Source of the DNA: Gammaproteobacteria bacterium
Lineage (GTDB): Bacteria > Pseudomonadota > Gammaproteobacteria > Eutrophobiales > Eutrophobiaceae
Reading direction: 5' to 3'
NCBI GenBank assembly: GCA_965204045.1
Contig: CBDBDW010000002.1
Span: 3,026,260-3,090,259 of the forward strand
DNA length: 64,000 nt
Position numbers and translations under genes: made by a program
The notes under the pieces: generated by a model
Database searches by the model: none
Seen by the model: only the letters and a program-made list of their open reading frames with translations
Told to the model about the DNA's origin: nothing
Part shown: positions 60,333 to 64,000 of the stretch, piece by piece
How the letters are laid out: each line of letters starts with the position of its first letter
Position numbering within the stretch: position 1 is the first letter of the stretch

Positions 60333-60907
60333 ACGGGCCGAACCTGAAACGCCTGCTGCATGCCGGGGTGTCCGTGAGCCTGGCGCTGGTGACGGTTGCA
60401 ACGATGATTTACACCGTGGTATGGCCGGCGCTGTCTGCGCGGACACTGTTGCAGGAGCGCATGCAGGCATTGCAGTTCCAGGGACAAAAATTCGGCATGG
60501 CCACCTTGCAGACGCCGGCGCTGGAGCAGGAGCTGGAAGAGCTTGCCGGACTTGAAACGAACCGGGAAGGTTTTCTTGAACACAAGCCTCCTGCCCTGGC
60601 CGCGGCCGATTTGCAGCAGTTGTTGACTTCCTACATTGAACAGGCCGGCGGCGCCCTGGTCAGCGCCCAGGTCCTGCAGGAAGCGGACGGCAACCGCCTG
60701 TTTCCCGCCATCACCGTGAAAGTCACCATGCACGGCGCCACGGAATCGCTGCAAAAGCTCCTGTACCGCATCGACACCGGCCCGCTGCGGTTATTCCCGG
60801 ACAACCTGCGCGTGCAGAAAAGGCAGTTCTCCGGCAACCCGGCCCTTGACGAACTGGAGATCCGTTTTGACGCGACCGCCTTTATTTACCAACCGGAAAC
60901 CTCATGA
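60329..60907 (+). CDS. gspM: GspM/XpsM
   Basis: N-terminal TM, ALAAADLQQ, LQKLLYRID; position. Confidence 0.75.
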   Translation: MNGPNLKRLLHAGVSVSLALVTVATMIYTVVWPALSARTLLQERMQALQFQGQKFGMATLQTPALEQELEELAGLETNREGFLEHKPPALAAADLQQLLTSYIEQAGGALVSAQVLQEADGNRLFPAITVKVTMHGATESLQKLLYRIDTGPLRLFPDNLRVQKRQFSGNPALDELEIRFDATAFIYQPETS

Positions 60908-61428
60908 AGCACAAACGCAAACCGCTGCGGAACACCCGGCGCGCGATGACGGTCCTGTGTGTGATACTGGCCGGCGCCGCGGTTTACGAACTGGCGCGGC
61001 CGCATCGCATTGCGCAGCTTGAACTGAAAGCCGGCCGGGACGCGGAGGACCTGTCCGCGCTGTTGCAGGAGAGGGAAGGGGATATCCCGCCGCTGGCGGC
61101 TTTCGCGGAAATCATCGAGCGGCCGTTGTTCATGGAAAACAGGCGGCCTTACGTGGCGCCGGCGCCGGTCGTGGTCCGGGAGCAGGAACCTGCGCCGGCG
61201 GCGCCGGTTGAACCCGATATCACCGAGCAGATTGCATTGCGCGCGACCATCATCATCGGTAAAAAACGGATTGCGCTGATCCAGGAACTCGCGATCGGCA
61301 AACAACGCCGGCTGAACCAGGGCGAAGCCTACAACGGCTGGACCCTCACCCGTGTTGAAACCGACGGAATCTCCATGCAAAAAGGAGAGGAAGTCAGACA
61401 ACTGGAACTGAAGAAAGGACAGTCATAA
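60904..61428 (+). CDS. XpsN/GspC-like T2SS clamp protein
   Basis: TM, IIERPLF..RRP, Pro-rich linker, GE..NGWTL; precedes gspD as in xps operons. Confidence 0.65.
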   Translation: MKHKRKPLRNTRRAMTVLCVILAGAAVYELARPHRIAQLELKAGRDAEDLSALLQEREGDIPPLAAFAEIIERPLFMENRRPYVAPAPVVVREQEPAPAAPVEPDITEQIALRATIIIGKKRIALIQELAIGKQRRLNQGEAYNGWTLTRVETDGISMQKGEEVRQLELKKGQS

Positions 61429-61429
61429 C

Positions 61430-61601
61430 GGGTGTGATTCAAACTGTGATCAAACTCCCCGCCGTCATTCCCGCGCAAGCGGGAATCCAGTGGACCACAT
61501 ATTCCTTATATAAGGAAGGTTTATCGACTGGATTCCGGGTCAAACCCGGAATGACAACGTTGGATACATGCGCCGATTTGACCAAATTTTGAATCACACC
61601 C
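61430..61601. mobile_element. 172-bp MITE with REP doublet and 10-bp target duplication
   Basis: TIR GGGTGTGATTCAAA/TTTGAATCACACCC; CAGTCATAAC at 61420-61429 and 61602-61611; internal CGTCATTCCCGCGCAAGCGGGAATCCAG and inverse variant. Confidence 0.85.
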
Positions 61602-61625
61602 CAGTCATAACAGGAGCCTTGCAAA

Positions 61626-63800
61626 ATGTGGAAACCTATCTTTGATCAGCTGCGCATAGCGCTATTGGTAGCGTTATCGGTGACGTCGTGCAGCCAACAT
61701 CCCCCCGTCCGGACGCCTGCGCATGCCGCGCCGCCGGCTGAGACCGGGGCGCCCCCGGAGGCTGCGCTTGTCACGGATGAAGCGGATGCCGTTCCCGCGC
61801 CCCCGGCGCCGGCCGGTGCCGGCCGGCTGGCCCTGTTCGAACAGGGTAACGGCAGCTTTATTGCCGGTGGCGCCGGGGAAGAGCAGGCAGCCGGACCGGA
61901 CGATGGCGGCATTAACCTCAATTTCCAGGATACCGATATCCGGGAATTTGCGCAGATCGTGCTGAATGACGTACTGAACGAAAACTATGTCATAGACGAA
62001 AACGTGTCAGGCACGGTCACGATAAACAGCGTCAAACCGGTCGATGCGGAAACGGCGCTCACGTTGCTGGAAGACATCCTCGCCATGCACGGGGCCGCCA
62101 TCACCAGGAAAAACGGCATCTACCATATCGTTCCCGAGAACCGGGTCGCGGGCAGCCTGTCGCCGGCGCTGGCCCGGCAGGTCTCCGGCGGGTATGCCGT
62201 CAGGATCATCCCGTTGCAATTTATCGCCGCCGCTGAAATGCAAAAAATCCTCGAACCGTTCATGGCGGAAGGCGCCAACGTGCGCATCGACAGGAAAAGA
62301 AACCTGGTATTCGTATCCGGCACCGGGCAGGAAATTGCTACGGTGCAGGACACCATAGCTGTTTTTGACGTGGACTGGCTGCGCGGCATGTCCGTGGGGC
62401 TTTACCCCCTGGACTATGTTGCGCCGAAAACCATGAAGGTCGAGTTGGAGACGGTGCTGAACGCCATGGATAACGAGGGTGACGGTGACCCGCTGGGGGG
62501 TCTGGTGCGGGTCGTCGCCATGGAGCGCCTGCAGTCTGTCCTGCTGGTCAGCCCGACGCCCGCGGCGCTCCGGGAGGCGGAGTTATGGCTGCATCGCCTG
62601 GACCGGCCCGGGCAAACCCTTGACAAGCGCCTGTTCGTGTACCACGTCCAGAATGCCAAGGCCAAAGAACTCGGCAATACCCTGAGGCATATCTTCAATA
62701 TGTCCGGCAGGTCCGATGCCGCCGGAGACGGGCAAACCGCCGCCGACCCGGCAGGCGCCCATGACCGCCTGTTCGATGCGGGCCCGGCCGGGTCCCGGTT
62801 GCAGTCCGCGGCGCAGCCGGGACTGCCTGCGGCCGTCGGCGCCGGCAGTCAAGGCATCGCGCTGCCCTCCGGACAGACAGTGGACATCATTGCAGACGAT
62901 GCGCGCAACGCCCTGGTGATACTGGCTACGCCCCGGGATTACAAAATGGTGCAGGCGGCTTTGACAAAGCTGGATATTGTGCCGTTGCAGGTGCTGATCG
63001 AAGCCAGCATCGTCGAGGTCAGCCTGAAGGATGAGCTGGGATACGGCGTGGAATGGTTTTTCAAGAACAACTTCGAGCGCGGCAACGTTGTCGGCGGGCG
63101 CGGCGCGCTGGACCTCGGCGCTTCGGGTATTGCGGCTTTGAGTCCGTCGTTTTCCTATACGGTGCTGGATAACGCCGACCAGGCCCGCATCGCCCTGAAT
63201 GCCCTGGAACAGGAAACCCAGGTGAACGTGTTGTCGTCGCCGTCGCTGATGGTGCTGAACAACCAGACCGCGTACATCAACGTGGGCGATGAAATCCCCG
63301 TGCCGGCGCGCCAGTCGGTCAGCAATATCAACCCTGCCGCGCCCACGGTGAACGAAATCCAGTTCCGGCAGACCGGCGTCACCCTTTCGGTCACGCCCAG
63401 GGTGAACGGCAGCGGCCTGGTGACCATGGAAATCAGCCAGGAAGTCAGCAGCGCCGTCACCACGACCTCATCGGATATCGATGCGCCGACCATTCAGCAG
63501 CGCCAGTTGGACAGCACGGTTGCCGTTCACTCCGGCGAGACCCTGGCGCTGGGCGGGTTGATCCAGGATACGGCCAGCAATGCAGAGAGCGGCATCCCGC
63601 TGATACGGCGCATCCCGCTGTTCGGCAAGCTGTTCGGCGAGACCAGGGAAGAACAGCGGCGCACGGAACTGCTGGTGCTGATCACCCCGCGGGTGGTCGG
63701 CAACCGTGATGACGCCCGCAAGATCACGGAGGAATTCAGGCGGAAGCTCAACGGCATTGCGCCGGCTCACCCCCTGCCGGCTGCCGGGTCGTCTTCCTGA
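61626..63800 (+). CDS. gspD: type II secretion secretin GspD/XpsD (lipoprotein signal)
   Basis: LNFQDTDI, QVLIEASIVEV, LSSPSLMVLNNQTA, IPLFGKLFG, RTELLVLITPRV. Confidence 0.95.
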   Translation: MWKPIFDQLRIALLVALSVTSCSQHPPVRTPAHAAPPAETGAPPEAALVTDEADAVPAPPAPAGAGRLALFEQGNGSFIAGGAGEEQAAGPDDGGINLNFQDTDIREFAQIVLNDVLNENYVIDENVSGTVTINSVKPVDAETALTLLEDILAMHGAAITRKNGIYHIVPENRVAGSLSPALARQVSGGYAVRIIPLQFIAAAEMQKILEPFMAEGANVRIDRKRNLVFVSGTGQEIATVQDTIAVFDVDWLRGMSVGLYPLDYVAPKTMKVELETVLNAMDNEGDGDPLGGLVRVVAMERLQSVLLVSPTPAALREAELWLHRLDRPGQTLDKRLFVYHVQNAKAKELGNTLRHIFNMSGRSDAAGDGQTAADPAGAHDRLFDAGPAGSRLQSAAQPGLPAAVGAGSQGIALPSGQTVDIIADDARNALVILATPRDYKMVQAALTKLDIVPLQVLIEASIVEVSLKDELGYGVEWFFKNNFERGNVVGGRGALDLGASGIAALSPSFSYTVLDNADQARIALNALEQETQVNVLSSPSLMVLNNQTAYINVGDEIPVPARQSVSNINPAAPTVNEIQFRQTGVTLSVTPRVNGSGLVTMEISQEVSSAVTTTSSDIDAPTIQQRQLDSTVAVHSGETLALGGLIQDTASNAESGIPLIRRIPLFGKLFGETREEQRRTELLVLITPRVVGNRDDARKITEEFRRKLNGIAPAHPLPAAGSSS

Positions 63801-63867
63801 TTTTGACATCCTCCTGAATTACTCAGCATATAATCCGTAATTCTTAATTTACAATTCGTGAAACATC

Positions 63868-64000
63868 GTGAGAGTTGAACTCAATCCATGTTACATCCTG
63901 CACAGCCGTAACTATCGTGAAACAAGCCTGTTGCTGGATGTGTTTTCCCGCCGGCACGGCAGGATAAGCCTGGTGGCAAAAGGAGCAAGAAAGCAAAAAA
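63868..64000 (+). CDS. recO: DNA repair protein RecO, 5' part
   Basis: Manual translation from GTG: [42 protein letters not shown]. Confidence 0.9.
   Translation, partial: MRVELNPCYILHSRNYRETSLLLDVFSRRHGRISLVAKGARKQK

Overview
Gammaproteobacterial chromosome segment. The conserved backbone (dksA, queF, smc, ligA, nadB, rpoE-rseA-degP, lepA-lepB-rnc-era, recO start) is interrupted by accessory DNA. 1-17 kb: a partial DNA methyltransferase, a CoA-ligase/LLM/hydrolase catabolic cluster, a photolyase pseudogene, an Mrr-like nuclease, a toxin-antitoxin (TA) pair, a TTQ amine dehydrogenase (large+small subunit), a Rieske oxygenase and an OYE. 29.8-32.7 kb: an IS110-family (IS1111-type) element inserted precisely into a REP palindrome; its downstream non-coding region contains readable target- and donor-matching guide segments (bridge/seek RNA). 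37-63.8 kb: an Xps-type type II secretion operon (E,F-M,N/C-like,D) lying between era and recO and itself split between gspE and gspF by a 16.5-kb island. The island holds a 3840-aa signal-peptide/FN3/SpvB-like/FG-GAP/RHS toxin with a lysozyme-like C-terminal tip, a secreted immunity candidate, and a repeat-delimited mosaic of toxin-gene fragments and TA genes. Several families of short palindromes and MITE-like shells recur throughout. All calls are from motif recognition by eye; no searches were run.
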